NCBI GenBank assembly: GCA_964626755.1 | Contig: CAZVGO010000050.1 | Coordinates: forward strand, 203,960-267,959 | Direction: 5' to 3' | Source: an uncultured Anaerolineaceae bacterium | Lineage (GTDB): Bacteria > Chloroflexota > Limnocylindria > Limnocylindrales > CSP1-4 | DNA: 64,000 nt | Notes under the pieces: model-generated | What the model was told of the DNA's origin: nothing | Database searches by the model: none | Seen by the model: the letters and a program-made list of their open reading frames with translations, nothing else | Translations under genes and position numbers: made by a program | Shown: in pieces, positions 53,845-62,906 of the stretch | How positions within the stretch are numbered: position 1 is the first letter of the stretch | Layout: each line of letters begins with the position of its first letter

Positions 53845-55119
53845 TCAATCCCCGTCGTAGCGCTTGAAGATGACGGCGCCGTTGTGGCCTCCCAGCCCGA
53901 TGTTGTTGGACAGCGCGTGGCGAATCGGCATCGGAGTCGCCTCGGTCACGACCCACAGGTCGCACTCGGGGTCGAAGTCGCGATAGTTGAGCGTCGGCGG
54001 GACGCACTGCTGGTCGACGGCCATCACGGTCGCGAACGCCTCGAACGCGCCGGCCGCGCCCATCATGTGGCCGGTCATCGACTTCGTGCCGCTGATCGCG
54101 AGCGCCTTCGCCTTCGCCGACGCCCGCTCGCCGAACACGGCCCAGATCGCCTCGGCCTCGCGCTTGTCGCCCATCGGGGTCGATGTCCCGTGGGGATTGA
54201 TCAGGTCGACCTCGTCGGCCGGCACGCCGCGCCGCTCGAGGGCCATGTTCATTGCCCGCGAGGACCCGGCGCCCTGCTCGATCGGCTGGATCATGTCCCA
54301 GCCGTCGGCCGCAGACCCGTACCCGACCACCTCCGCGTAGATGTGCGCGCCGCGTGCCTTGGCGTGGTCGAGATCCTCGAGGAACAGGCCCGCCGCGCCC
54401 TCGCCGAGGACGAACCCGTCGCGGGTCGCATCGAACGGCCGGGCGACCGACGAGATCGGCTCGCCGGGCCGCGGGTTGCCGAGGCCGCGCATGTTGCCGA
54501 ATCCCGCGTGGGCGACCTCGAGGAGGGGCGCCTCGGTCGAGCCCGAGATGACCGCGATGCAATCGCCCCGCCGGATCGCCTCGGCTGCCTCGCCGACGTT
54601 GTGGGTGCCGGTCGCGCAGGCCGACACGACGCACATGTTGTGGCCGATGGCGCCTGTCTCGATCGCAATCATTCCCGACGGCGAATCGACGAGCGCATTC
54701 GCGATGAATGTCGGCGTGACCCGGGTGGGCCCCTTCTGCTCGAGGGTCGAGAAGTTGTCGATCATGAGCTGCTGGCCACCCGCCCCGGATCCGAAGACGA
54801 CCCCGACGTCGGTCCGATTCGCATCGTCGATCTCGAAGCCCGAATCGGCCAGCGCCTGCTTCGCGGCGGCGACCCCGAAATGCAGGCTGGATTCGCTGCG
54901 GCGGGCGGCCTTCGCGTCCATCCATTGCGTCGCGTCGAAGCCGCGGACCTCGCCGGCCGCCTTCTGGTCGTAACGCGACACGTCGAACTTCGTGATCTCG
55001 CCGATCCCCGACACGCCCCGAATGAGATTCGACCAGGCGGTCTCCTTGTCATTGCCGACGGGGCTGATGACGCCGAGGCCGGTGATGACGACTCGGCGGT
55101 TGTAGTCGGGTTTGCGCAC
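53845..55119 (-). CDS. fabF: Beta-ketoacyl-ACP synthase I/II (elongating KAS, first of a tandem pair)
   Basis: VSACATGTH, HGTSTPMGD, GHMMGAAGA. Confidence 0.9.
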   Translation of the reverse strand: MRKPDYNRRVVITGLGVISPVGNDKETAWSNLIRGVSGIGEITKFDVSRYDQKAAGEVRGFDATQWMDAKAARRSESSLHFGVAAAKQALADSGFEIDDANRTDVGVVFGSGAGGQQLMIDNFSTLEQKGPTRVTPTFIANALVDSPSGMIAIETGAIGHNMCVVSACATGTHNVGEAAEAIRRGDCIAVISGSTEAPLLEVAHAGFGNMRGLGNPRPGEPISSVARPFDATRDGFVLGEGAAGLFLEDLDHAKARGAHIYAEVVGYGSAADGWDMIQPIEQGAGSSRAMNMALERRGVPADEVDLINPHGTSTPMGDKREAEAIWAVFGERASAKAKALAISGTKSMTGHMMGAAGAFEAFATVMAVDQQCVPPTLNYRDFDPECDLWVVTEATPMPIRHALSNNIGLGGHNGAVIFKRYDGD

Positions 55120-55167
55120 GGGACTGGCTCCTTGGGGCTGCGGGCGGCCGTGACGGGCCGCGAGAGT

Positions 55168-56133
55168 TCAGGCGGGGGCAGGGAGGAACGGCGCGGTGAG
55201 GCGATCGGCGGCCGACGGGTCGTCGAGCGCGATGGCCTCCGCGTCCGGGGCGATTCGCTTGATGAGGCCGGTGAGGACGCGCCCGGGTCCCACCTCGACG
55301 AACGTTGTCACGCCGTCGGCGGCCATCCGTTGCACGGCGGCGACCCAGTCGACGCCGGTCGTGAGGTGCTCGACGAGCTCCCGGCGGCAATCGTCGCCGC
55401 CGGTCAGGGGCCGGGCGTCGGCGTTCGCAAGGAGCGGCGGCACCGGGTCCGCGAACGCGATGTCGGTCATCGCCGCCCGCATGCCTTCGGCCGCCTCGGC
55501 CATGAGCGGCGAGTGCGCCGCGACCGACACTGGCAGGACGATCGCCCGGCGGGCCCCGAGGCGCGTCGCCGCTTGCACACCCGCCTCGATCGCAGCTCTT
55601 TCGCCGGACACGACCACCTGGCCCGGTGCGTTGCGGTTCGCGACGCCGAAGACACCGGCGGTCGACGCGTCCGCGATGAGCTCCGGCAGCCGCGCATCGT
55701 CGAGCCCGATGATCGCGGCCATCGCCCCGGGACGCCCGGAGCCGGAGGCCTGCATCAGGCGCCCGCGCTCCCGCACGAGGCGGATGGCGACGTCGAGCGG
55801 CAGGACGCCGGCCGCGACGAGCGCCGAGTACTGACCCATCGAGTGGCCGGCCGCGAACGCGGGTTCCGGGAGCGGCGCGCCCGCGGCCGCGAATCGCTCA
55901 CGGAGCGCGGCGAGGTAGGCGATCGAGGTGGCGAGCAGCGCCGGCTGGGCGTTCTCCGTCCGATCGAGATCCTCGGGCGGGCCCTCCCAGGCCAGGCGGC
56001 TGATCGGCTCGCCAAGGGCGCCATCCGCAGTGTCGAACACGGCCGCGGCCGCAGGCGAAGCGGCGGCCAGCGCCTGGCCCATCCCGACCGACTGGGAACC
56101 CTGACCCGGGAACACGAAAGCGACGCGGCTCAT
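55168..56133 (-). CDS. fabD: Malonyl-CoA:ACP transacylase
   Basis: FVFPGQGSQ and GHSMGQYSA (the GHSxG nucleophile). Start at MSRVAFVF. The upstream 29 aa of the ORF are rejected. Confidence 0.9.
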   Translation of the reverse strand: MSRVAFVFPGQGSQSVGMGQALAAASPAAAAVFDTADGALGEPISRLAWEGPPEDLDRTENAQPALLATSIAYLAALRERFAAAGAPLPEPAFAAGHSMGQYSALVAAGVLPLDVAIRLVRERGRLMQASGSGRPGAMAAIIGLDDARLPELIADASTAGVFGVANRNAPGQVVVSGERAAIEAGVQAATRLGARRAIVLPVSVAAHSPLMAEAAEGMRAAMTDIAFADPVPPLLANADARPLTGGDDCRRELVEHLTTGVDWVAAVQRMAADGVTTFVEVGPGRVLTGLIKRIAPDAEAIALDDPSAADRLTAPFLPAPA

Positions 56134-56390
56134 CAGTCGCGCCTGCACGTCTGCAGCACGGGCGGATTGTCGACCGAATCGTGCTCGGTGAGCGTGAGAT
56201 GTGTGCGCGATTGCACGCAACCGTCCCTAGCCGTACCCTTCTGCCCGTGACCCTCCGACCCCCGACGCGCTCGCGCAAGGCTCCCCCCGGTCGGGCGATC
56301 GCCCGGCGCTTCGAGGCGGACCTCTCACCGGCCGTTGTTGCGGCGGGCAGCAGAATTCAGAACGTCCGCCAGATCTCCGAGCGGGTGGCG

Positions 56391-56825
56391 ATGGGCCGGG
56401 CATTGTGGCGCGAGCTCGTGACCGGCTTCGCGTCGCAGCTCGGCGAGCTGCGGCTCGGCTTCACCCAGCTCGCCGCGCTGTACGTCCTCGCCGACGGTCA
56501 AACGACGACGGTCGCGGACCTCGCGGAGGCGATCGGTCGCTCCCCGTCGGCGACGAGCCGGCTCGTCGACGGCCTCGTCCGTCGCCGCCTCGTGGAGCGC
56601 CGATCGGAGACCGAGGATCGTCGCCAGCGGACGCTCTGGCTCACCCAGCGCGGCCACGCCCTGCTGCGGGTCGTCGACCGGGCCCGTGCCGGCCAGTTTC
56701 TTTCTGCCGTCCGGCCGATGCCCACTGCCGAGCGGGCGCTGATCGCGATGGGCGTCGCCGCGCTCGCCACGCACGCGATCTCCCGTCGCGGCCGGCTGAT
56801 CAGGACATCCCGTCCCGCGGATTGA
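56391..56825 (+). CDS. MarR family transcriptional regulator
   Basis: Winged HTH (TTVADLAEAIGRSPSATSRLVDGLVRRRLVER). Divergent from fabD with a 257-bp intergenic region. Confidence 0.75.
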   Translation: MGRALWRELVTGFASQLGELRLGFTQLAALYVLADGQTTTVADLAEAIGRSPSATSRLVDGLVRRRLVERRSETEDRRQRTLWLTQRGHALLRVVDRARAGQFLSAVRPMPTAERALIAMGVAALATHAISRRGRLIRTSRPAD

Positions 56826-56868
56826 CCGGCCGGGCGCGATCCCCGACCGGCTCGGGGCCGTCAGCGGG

Positions 56869-58296
56869 TCAGCCGCAGAAACGGCGCGTCACGTCGTAGA
56901 GGACGGGTAGGCCCCAACGGAGCGCGTCGAGTCCCACACGTTCGTCGACGCCGTGGAACCGTTCGAGGAACCGCTCCTCGGGCTCCAGGCGAAGGGGCGA
57001 GAAGCCGTAGGTCGGCACGCCGAGCCGGGCGAGGTGCTTGGCATCGGTCGCGAAGGGCGGCATCCCAGGCAGCGGAACGCCATCGGGATCATGGTCGCGG
57101 ACTGTGTCCTCGAGCAGTGCGTAGAGCGGTGAGTCGATCGTCGACTCGACCGGCGCCCCGAAGATCACGAGCTCGATCTCGCAGACGGCGGCAAGCTCGG
57201 GCCCGAGCCGCCGGACGATCTCGTCGCGCATCGCCGGCTCGGTCGTGTCCGGCAGCACCCGGCAGTCGACGATGAGCTCGGCCTCGCCCGGGATGACGTT
57301 GTACTTCAGTCCTCCATGAATGACGTCCGGTGAGATCGTGTCGCGCAGGAGCGCCCGCGCTGCCCGCCCGTACATCGGATCGCACAGGGCGCCGAGCGCG
57401 GTCTCGCTCGCCCGCGCGTCTGGGTCAGCGGCCGCCCGCAGCAGGCGGGCCTGGTCCGCGGGCAGGGCCGCGGCGGCGGCCTCGAAGAACCGGGCCGTGA
57501 CCCTCGTCGGACGGGGCGGTCCCGGCTCGGCGAGCCGCGTCACGACCTGGGCCGCGAGGACCACGGCGTTGTCGGGCCGCGGCATCGACCCGTGGCCCCA
57601 CGCACCTTTCACGACGATCCGGTAGACCGCGTAGCCCTTCTCGGCGACCTGGATCGGGTACAGCCGGCGACCACCGATCGTCAGGCTGACCGCGCCGCAC
57701 TCGGTCAGCGCGCCGGCGCCCCGAAGCCAATCGGGGCGGTTGTCGACGAGCCAGCCAACGCCCGCGTTGCCGCCCGCCTCCTCGTCGGCCGTGGCCGCGA
57801 ACAGGAGGTCGCGGGTCAGGCCGGGGACCGGATCGCCTGCCGGATCGCGACCGGCCGCGCGTGCCTCGTCGGCAAGCAGCCGGACGACGGCGAGCTGCAT
57901 CGCCAGAGTGCTCTTCATGTCGACCGCGCCGCGGCCCCACACGTAGCCGTCGGCGACGTCCCCGGAGAACGGGTCGTGCGTCCAGCCGTCCGGTGGGGCG
58001 GGCACGACATCGAGATGGGACAGGAGGAGCAGCGGCTCGCCGCCCGTGCCGTCGCCGCGCAGCCGGACGCCGACCGAGCCCCGCCCAGGGAACGGTTCGA
58101 CGACCTCCGGTCGCAGGCCGGCGTCGCGGAGGGCGTCCGCGATGTACGTCGCCGCGGCCAGCTCCCCACCGGGTGGATCAGGTGGGTTGACCGACCGGAT
58201 GCGGATCAGGTCGCGGAGCGTCTCGACGAGCCGTCCGTGGGCCCGCTCGAGGACGTCCCGTGCCATGGCGTCCGACGGCCGGACGGAGACGGTCAC
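56869..58296 (-). CDS. M20 family metallopeptidase (dipeptidase/deacylase)
   Basis: LLLSHLDVVP and GRGAVDMKS metal-binding motifs plus a dimerisation domain. Confidence 0.8.
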   Translation of the reverse strand: MTVSVRPSDAMARDVLERAHGRLVETLRDLIRIRSVNPPDPPGGELAAATYIADALRDAGLRPEVVEPFPGRGSVGVRLRGDGTGGEPLLLLSHLDVVPAPPDGWTHDPFSGDVADGYVWGRGAVDMKSTLAMQLAVVRLLADEARAAGRDPAGDPVPGLTRDLLFAATADEEAGGNAGVGWLVDNRPDWLRGAGALTECGAVSLTIGGRRLYPIQVAEKGYAVYRIVVKGAWGHGSMPRPDNAVVLAAQVVTRLAEPGPPRPTRVTARFFEAAAAALPADQARLLRAAADPDARASETALGALCDPMYGRAARALLRDTISPDVIHGGLKYNVIPGEAELIVDCRVLPDTTEPAMRDEIVRRLGPELAAVCEIELVIFGAPVESTIDSPLYALLEDTVRDHDPDGVPLPGMPPFATDAKHLARLGVPTYGFSPLRLEPEERFLERFHGVDERVGLDALRWGLPVLYDVTRRFCG

Positions 58297-58550
58297 CGAC
58301 CCACCCCGGCGAGAGTCGTGACGATCCCGAGGACGAAGCCGCTCAGGACGATGATCACGATCATCGCGAGGAGGAGCCGCCCGTAGAAGCGCTCCTCGCG
58401 GCGTGCACCCTCGGCATCGGGATCACGTCCGCCCGGGATGTACGGGGCCGCCAGGCCGCGCGCCCGGGCGTGGGCGGCGCGCGGGGAGTCGTACGCGGCG
58501 GGATCGGGTGGGAGCGGCTCCTCCTCGGCCCGAGTCTGGTCGTCGGTCAT
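58293..58550 (-). CDS. Small membrane protein (85 aa, single C-terminal TM)
   Basis: [11 protein letters not shown]...LLLAMIVIIVLSGFVLGIVTTLAG. Overlaps the M20 start by 4 nt. The long ORF-track version is rejected. Confidence 0.35.
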   Translation of the reverse strand: MTDDQTRAEEEPLPPDPAAYDSPRAAHARARGLAAPYIPGGRDPDAEGARREERFYGRLLLAMIVIIVLSGFVLGIVTTLAGVGR

Positions 58551-59503
58551 CCGATCGCCTGGCGGAGTGGTTCCGCCACCTCTCGTGCCACGGCATCGAC
58601 CCCGTCGCCGCCGAGCGACGGCGGCATCCCAAGGATGATGTGGGTCGCGCCGAGCCGATGTGCCTCGACGGCCTGTCCGAGCGCCCACTTCCGGTCCTTG
58701 GCCGATCGGCCGGTCCCGACCTGGGCCGCGATGTCGAATATCGCGCGATCGCGACCGGCAGCGTCGAGCGCCGCGAGCAGGGCGTCTCTCCGGCCGGCGA
58801 AGTAGCCCATGTCCGCCGGCTGGTCCGGGGCCACGATGGCCGGCAGGATCCAGCCATCGGCGACAGTCGCCGCGAGGGCGATCCCACGTCGTTTCTGACC
58901 GCCCAGCCAGAGCGGAGGTCCGCCTGGAGTGAACGGCGGCGGCTCGTTCGTCGCCTCGGCGAGGGGGTAGTAGCGGTCCGATCGGGTAACCCCCGGTGGC
59001 GCCGCTGCCGCGGTGGACCAGAGCGCCTTCAGGACATGGACGCCGGACTCGAACCGATCGAACCGCTCCGGCATCGGCGGCATCGGGATGCTGAACGGCA
59101 GGTGCTCTCCCGGGTGCCAGCCGGCCCCGTACCCGACGATGAAGCGCCCGCGGCTGGCATGGTCCAGGACCGTCGCCGCCTTGGCGAGGACCGACGGGTG
59201 GCGGAAGGTGTGCGACAGCACCGCATGGCCGATCGACCTGCCCACGACGTGATGGAGGAGCGCGGCGATTGCCGTCAGCGACTCGAAGCTCGGCCCGTGG
59301 GTCGGCGCGGCGATGTCCGTGAGGTGGTCGTTCATCCAGACCGAGTCGAAGACATCGTGCTCGCCGATTCGTGCCCACGCCTCCTCGAGCGTCGTCCAGT
59401 CGACCGCCTGGGGCGACGTCTTGATGCCGATCGCTGCGCGGCGAGCCACGATGGTTGGGTCAGCCGGCCGAGCGGGCCAGGAGCTGCGCGAGCCGGTCGC
59501 CAC
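58547..59503 (-). CDS. Luciferase-like monooxygenase (LLM) class, probably F420-dependent oxidoreductase
   Basis: An IGIKTSPQ N-terminus and a TIM-barrel LLM signature. The true start is probably the GTG at 59449 just downstream of the ilvD stop. Confidence 0.7.
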   Translation of the reverse strand: MATGSRSSWPARPADPTIVARRAAIGIKTSPQAVDWTTLEEAWARIGEHDVFDSVWMNDHLTDIAAPTHGPSFESLTAIAALLHHVVGRSIGHAVLSHTFRHPSVLAKAATVLDHASRGRFIVGYGAGWHPGEHLPFSIPMPPMPERFDRFESGVHVLKALWSTAAAAPPGVTRSDRYYPLAEATNEPPPFTPGGPPLWLGGQKRRGIALAATVADGWILPAIVAPDQPADMGYFAGRRDALLAALDAAGRDRAIFDIAAQVGTGRSAKDRKWALGQAVEAHRLGATHIILGMPPSLGGDGVDAVAREVAEPLRQAIG

Positions 59504-61199
59504 CCGTCACCGCCCCTTCCGACGCGGAGCTGACGAGCGCCGCGTACTTCGCGAGCACCCCGGTTGCGTAGTGCGGCGCGGGCGGCGTCCATCGCTTGGC
59601 GCGCGCGGCAAGGGTCTTCGCGTCGACGTTGAGGTCGAGCGCCCTGCGATCGACGTCGATGACGATCTCGTCGCCCTCCTCGACCAAGGCGATCGGTCCG
59701 CCGAGCGCGGCCTCCGGGGCGACGTGGCCGATCATCAACCCGTGCGTCCCGCCGCTGAACCGGCCGTCGGTCAGAAGGGCGACCGAGTCGCCAAGGCCCT
59801 CGCCGACGAGCGCGCTCGTGACGCTCAGCATCTCCTGCATCCCGGGCCCGCCGACTGGCCCCTCGTACCGGATCACCACGACATCGCCGGGCACGATCCG
59901 GCGCGCCGTGACTGCGTCGTGGCACTGCTTCTCCGAGTCGAACACCCGGGCCGGGCCACGATGGTGCCGCCGTTCGTGGCCGGCCAGCTTGACAACGCAT
60001 CCGTCAGGCGCGAGCGAGCCGCGCAGGATCGACAGCCCGCCGACCGGTTTGAGCGGCCGCTCCAGCGGTACGACAACCTCCTGGCCCGGCGTCTCGACTG
60101 CGGCGGCCGCGATCTCGGCGAGAGTCCGGCCGTCGACATTGGGGGTCTGGCCGTGGATGAGGCCGCCCTTCAGGAGCTCGCGCGCGACAAGCCCAACGCC
60201 GCCGGCCTCGTACATGTCGGTCGCGGCGAAGCGTCCGCCGGGCATCATGTCGGCGACGATCGGAGTCCGGTCGGCGATGTCGCCGAACTCGTCGATCGAG
60301 AGCGGGACGCCATACTCGTGGGCGATCGCGAGCAGGTGGAGGACGCCGTTCGTCGACCCGCCGGTCGCCGCGACCGACGCGATCGCGTTCTCGATGGATG
60401 CGCGCGTCACGATCGCCGATGGGCGGACGTCCCGCCGCACGAGATCCATCACCAGCTCGCCACTCTGCCTGGCGGCGTCGTCCTTCGCCGGGTCCTCCGC
60501 CGGGATCCCGTTGAGCCCGGCGGGGCTGAGCCCGATGAACTCCATGACCGTGCTCATCGTGTTCGCGGTGTACTGCCCGCCGCAGGCTCCGGGGCCGGGA
60601 CACGCGACGTTCTCGATCTCGTAGAGCTCCTCGAGGCCGATCTTTCCGGCCCGGTACGCGCCGATCGCCTCGTACACGGTCACGACGGTCGCGTTGCGGC
60701 GGCCTTTGTAGACCCCCGGATGGATCGTCCCGTTGTAGAGGACGAGCCCCGGGACGTCGAGCCGGCCCAGCGCCATCGCCGCGGCGGGGATCGTCTTGTC
60801 GCAGCCGACGAGGCACACGACGGCGTCGAGCAGGTGGCCGCGAACGACGAGCTCGATCGAGTCGGCGATGACCTCGCGGCTCACGAGCGACGACTTCATC
60901 CCCTCGGTGCCCATCGACACGCCGTCCGACACTGCGACCGTGTTGAACTCCATCGGGGTGCCGCCCGCCGCCCGCACGCCCTCCTTGACGAACTCGGCGA
61001 GGCGTCGCTGGTTGTAATTGCACGGCATCGTCTCGATCCACGTCGTCGCGACGCCGACGAGCGGGCGAGCGAGATCTTCGTCGGTGAAGCCGATCGCCTT
61101 GAGCATCGACCGCGCGCCGGCCCGATCGGGGCCGTCGGTCAATGCCGCGGAATGGCGCTTCAGCGGATTGCTGGGACGGCTGTAGGGGAGATCAGTCAC
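59460..61199 (-). CDS. ilvD: Dihydroxy-acid dehydratase
   Basis: [11 protein letters not shown], the Fe-S ligands CPGPGACGG, and SGGTHG. Confidence 0.9.
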   Translation of the reverse strand: MTDLPYSRPSNPLKRHSAALTDGPDRAGARSMLKAIGFTDEDLARPLVGVATTWIETMPCNYNQRRLAEFVKEGVRAAGGTPMEFNTVAVSDGVSMGTEGMKSSLVSREVIADSIELVVRGHLLDAVVCLVGCDKTIPAAAMALGRLDVPGLVLYNGTIHPGVYKGRRNATVVTVYEAIGAYRAGKIGLEELYEIENVACPGPGACGGQYTANTMSTVMEFIGLSPAGLNGIPAEDPAKDDAARQSGELVMDLVRRDVRPSAIVTRASIENAIASVAATGGSTNGVLHLLAIAHEYGVPLSIDEFGDIADRTPIVADMMPGGRFAATDMYEAGGVGLVARELLKGGLIHGQTPNVDGRTLAEIAAAAVETPGQEVVVPLERPLKPVGGLSILRGSLAPDGCVVKLAGHERRHHRGPARVFDSEKQCHDAVTARRIVPGDVVVIRYEGPVGGPGMQEMLSVTSALVGEGLGDSVALLTDGRFSGGTHGLMIGHVAPEAALGGPIALVEEGDEIVIDVDRRALDLNVDAKTLAARAKRWTPPAPHYATGVLAKYAALVSSASEGAVTGGDRLAQLLARSAG

Positions 61200-62884
61200 C
61201 TGGCAACCTTAACGATCTCCGCCAAGGTCTCGAGTCCGACGGCTCCCTGGCCGAGTACGGCGTCGTGGAAGGCCCGGATGTCGAACCTCGCGCCGGCGGC
61301 CGCCCGAGACTCCGCCCGGAGGCGCAGGATCTCGAGCTGGCCGATCTTGTAGGCGAGCGCCTGTCCCGGCCAGACGATATAGCGGTCGATCTCGTTGGCG
61401 ATGTTGTTCGGGGCGAGGGCCGTGTGCGCGGTCATGAAGTCGATCGCCTGCCGGCGCGTCCAGCCGAGCGCGTGGATCCCGGTGTCGACGACCAGCCGGC
61501 ATGCGCGCCAGCCGTCGAACGACAGGATCCCGATCCGGTCCAGGTCGCCCGAGTACAGGCCCATCTCGTCGGACAGGCGCTCCGTGTAGAGGCCCCAACC
61601 TTCGAAGAACGCGGTCGGGCCGAGGTGCTTCCGGAACTCGGGCAGGTCCGTCAGCTCCTGGGCGATCGCGATCTGGAGGTGGTGGCCGGGGATCGACTCG
61701 TGGTAGGCGAGCGCCTCCGCCTCGTAGCGCGGTCGTGTCTCGGGCGCGTACGTATTGACGTAGTACTGGCCCGGCCGGGAGCCGTCGACGGCCGGCTGGC
61801 GGTAGTAGGCGATCGTCGAGTGCTTCTCCTCGTGCTCGCTCATCCGGACGACGGTGCAGTCGGCTTTGGGCAGCAGCCCGAACCACTTCGGGATCGCGGT
61901 TCGGGCGCGGGCGAGCGCTTCCTCGGCCGTCGCGAAGACCTCGTCCCGGGTCGTGAAGTGAAGCGCGGGGTCGGATCGCAGCCGGCCACGAATCGCCTCC
62001 GGATCGGTCGTGCTGAGGACGCGGCCGCCGAACTCCGCCAGCTCCGAATCGATCCGGGCGACCTCGTCGAGCCCGAGCCGGTGGATCTCGTCCGCCGTGA
62101 GATCGAGCGACGTGTGGAGCCGGATGAGCCTGGTATAGGCATCCGATCCGCCGTCGACGTGCAGGATCCCGGCTCGCTCATCCGGCCGGGCAGCCGGCAG
62201 GATCTCGTCCCGGACCACGGCGCCAAACCGCTCGAGGGCGGGTCGGACGACCTCGCGGACGGCCGCGCGCAGGCCATCGGCGAATGCCTCGCGTTCCGCG
62301 GCCGGCCAGTCCGGATGCTCCGTTTCGAGTGGCTTGAGGAGCGGCAGCTCGGCGTCCGGCCGGGCGAGGACGCCGCTGATCTGGTCGACCGCTCGCTCGA
62401 CAGGGGTCCGGACGGCGACGCGGCCCGAGGCGAGCCCGCGGCGGAGGTTCGCAGCTCCCTGGTCGAACCACGGCCCGAGAGCCCGCCAGCGGGCGACCAT
62501 TGCCCGGGCCTGATCGGGGGTCGAGACGGGCTGGATCGCCTCGAGGTCGAGCGCCACGACCTGCGGTCCCTCGAGCGGGTCGACCGTCCACTCCTCGAGG
62601 CCGGTCTCGAGCGCGGCGACGTCGCTTGCCATCTGGGCGATGAGCGCCGACCGCGTGACGGGGTCGGCTCCGTCGAGCGCCCCGGGCTCGATCGCCTCGG
62701 CCCGGCCCCGAAACGCGGCCAGCCGCTGCCGCTGGGCCTGAAGCGCTTCCGGCGACGCGTCGTCCATCCGATCGTCGAACCGGCGATCGCCGATCGCCGT
62801 GGCAGAAACGGGGCTGAATGCGAGGTACGCCTGCCAGTACTCGTCGGCAAGCTCGGCCAGGGAAGAGGTGACCGTGGTCATCGC
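61196..62884 (-). CDS. DUF885 family protein (zincin-like, HExxH-like HESIPGHH)
   Basis: About 560 aa with an [12 protein letters not shown]-terminus and [11 protein letters not shown]. The upstream 97 aa of the ORF are low-complexity and rejected. Confidence 0.6.
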   Translation of the reverse strand, partial: AMTTVTSSLAELADEYWQAYLAFSPVSATAIGDRRFDDRMDDASPEALQAQRQRLAAFRGRAEAIEPGALDGADPVTRSALIAQMASDVAALETGLEEWTVDPLEGPQVVALDLEAIQPVSTPDQARAMVARWRALGPWFDQGAANLRRGLASGRVAVRTPVERAVDQISGVLARPDAELPLLKPLETEHPDWPAAEREAFADGLRAAVREVVRPALERFGAVVRDEILPAARPDERAGILHVDGGSDAYTRLIRLHTSLDLTADEIHRLGLDEVARIDSELAEFGGRVLSTTDPEAIRGRLRSDPALHFTTRDEVFATAEEALARARTAIPKWFGLLPKADCTVVRMSEHEEKHSTIAYYRQPAVDGSRPGQYYVNTYAPETRPRYEAEALAYHESIPGHHLQIAIAQELTDLPEFRKHLGPTAFFEGWGLYTERLSDEMGLYSGDLDRIGILSFDGWRACRLVVDTGIHALGWTRRQAIDFMTAHTALAPNNIANEIDRYIVWPGQALAYKIGQLEILRLRAESRAAAGARFDIRAFHDAVLGQGAVGLETLAEIVKVAR

Positions 62885-62906
62885 CGGGTGATGGTATCGG
62901 CCGCGC

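Noticed and set aside
55120-55167. Search for acpM between fabD and the first KAS gene
   Set aside because: The gap is only 48 bp, too short for an approximately 80-100-aa ACP. No DSL-motif small ORF is seen on either strand in or around the block.
53806-56250. 814-aa plus-strand ORF spanning kasA and fabD, and similar ORFs (22722..24101 +, 24295..26163 -, 769..1956 +)
   Set aside because: No domain content. They overlap genes with intact catalytic motifs on the other strand, so they are GC-driven artefacts.
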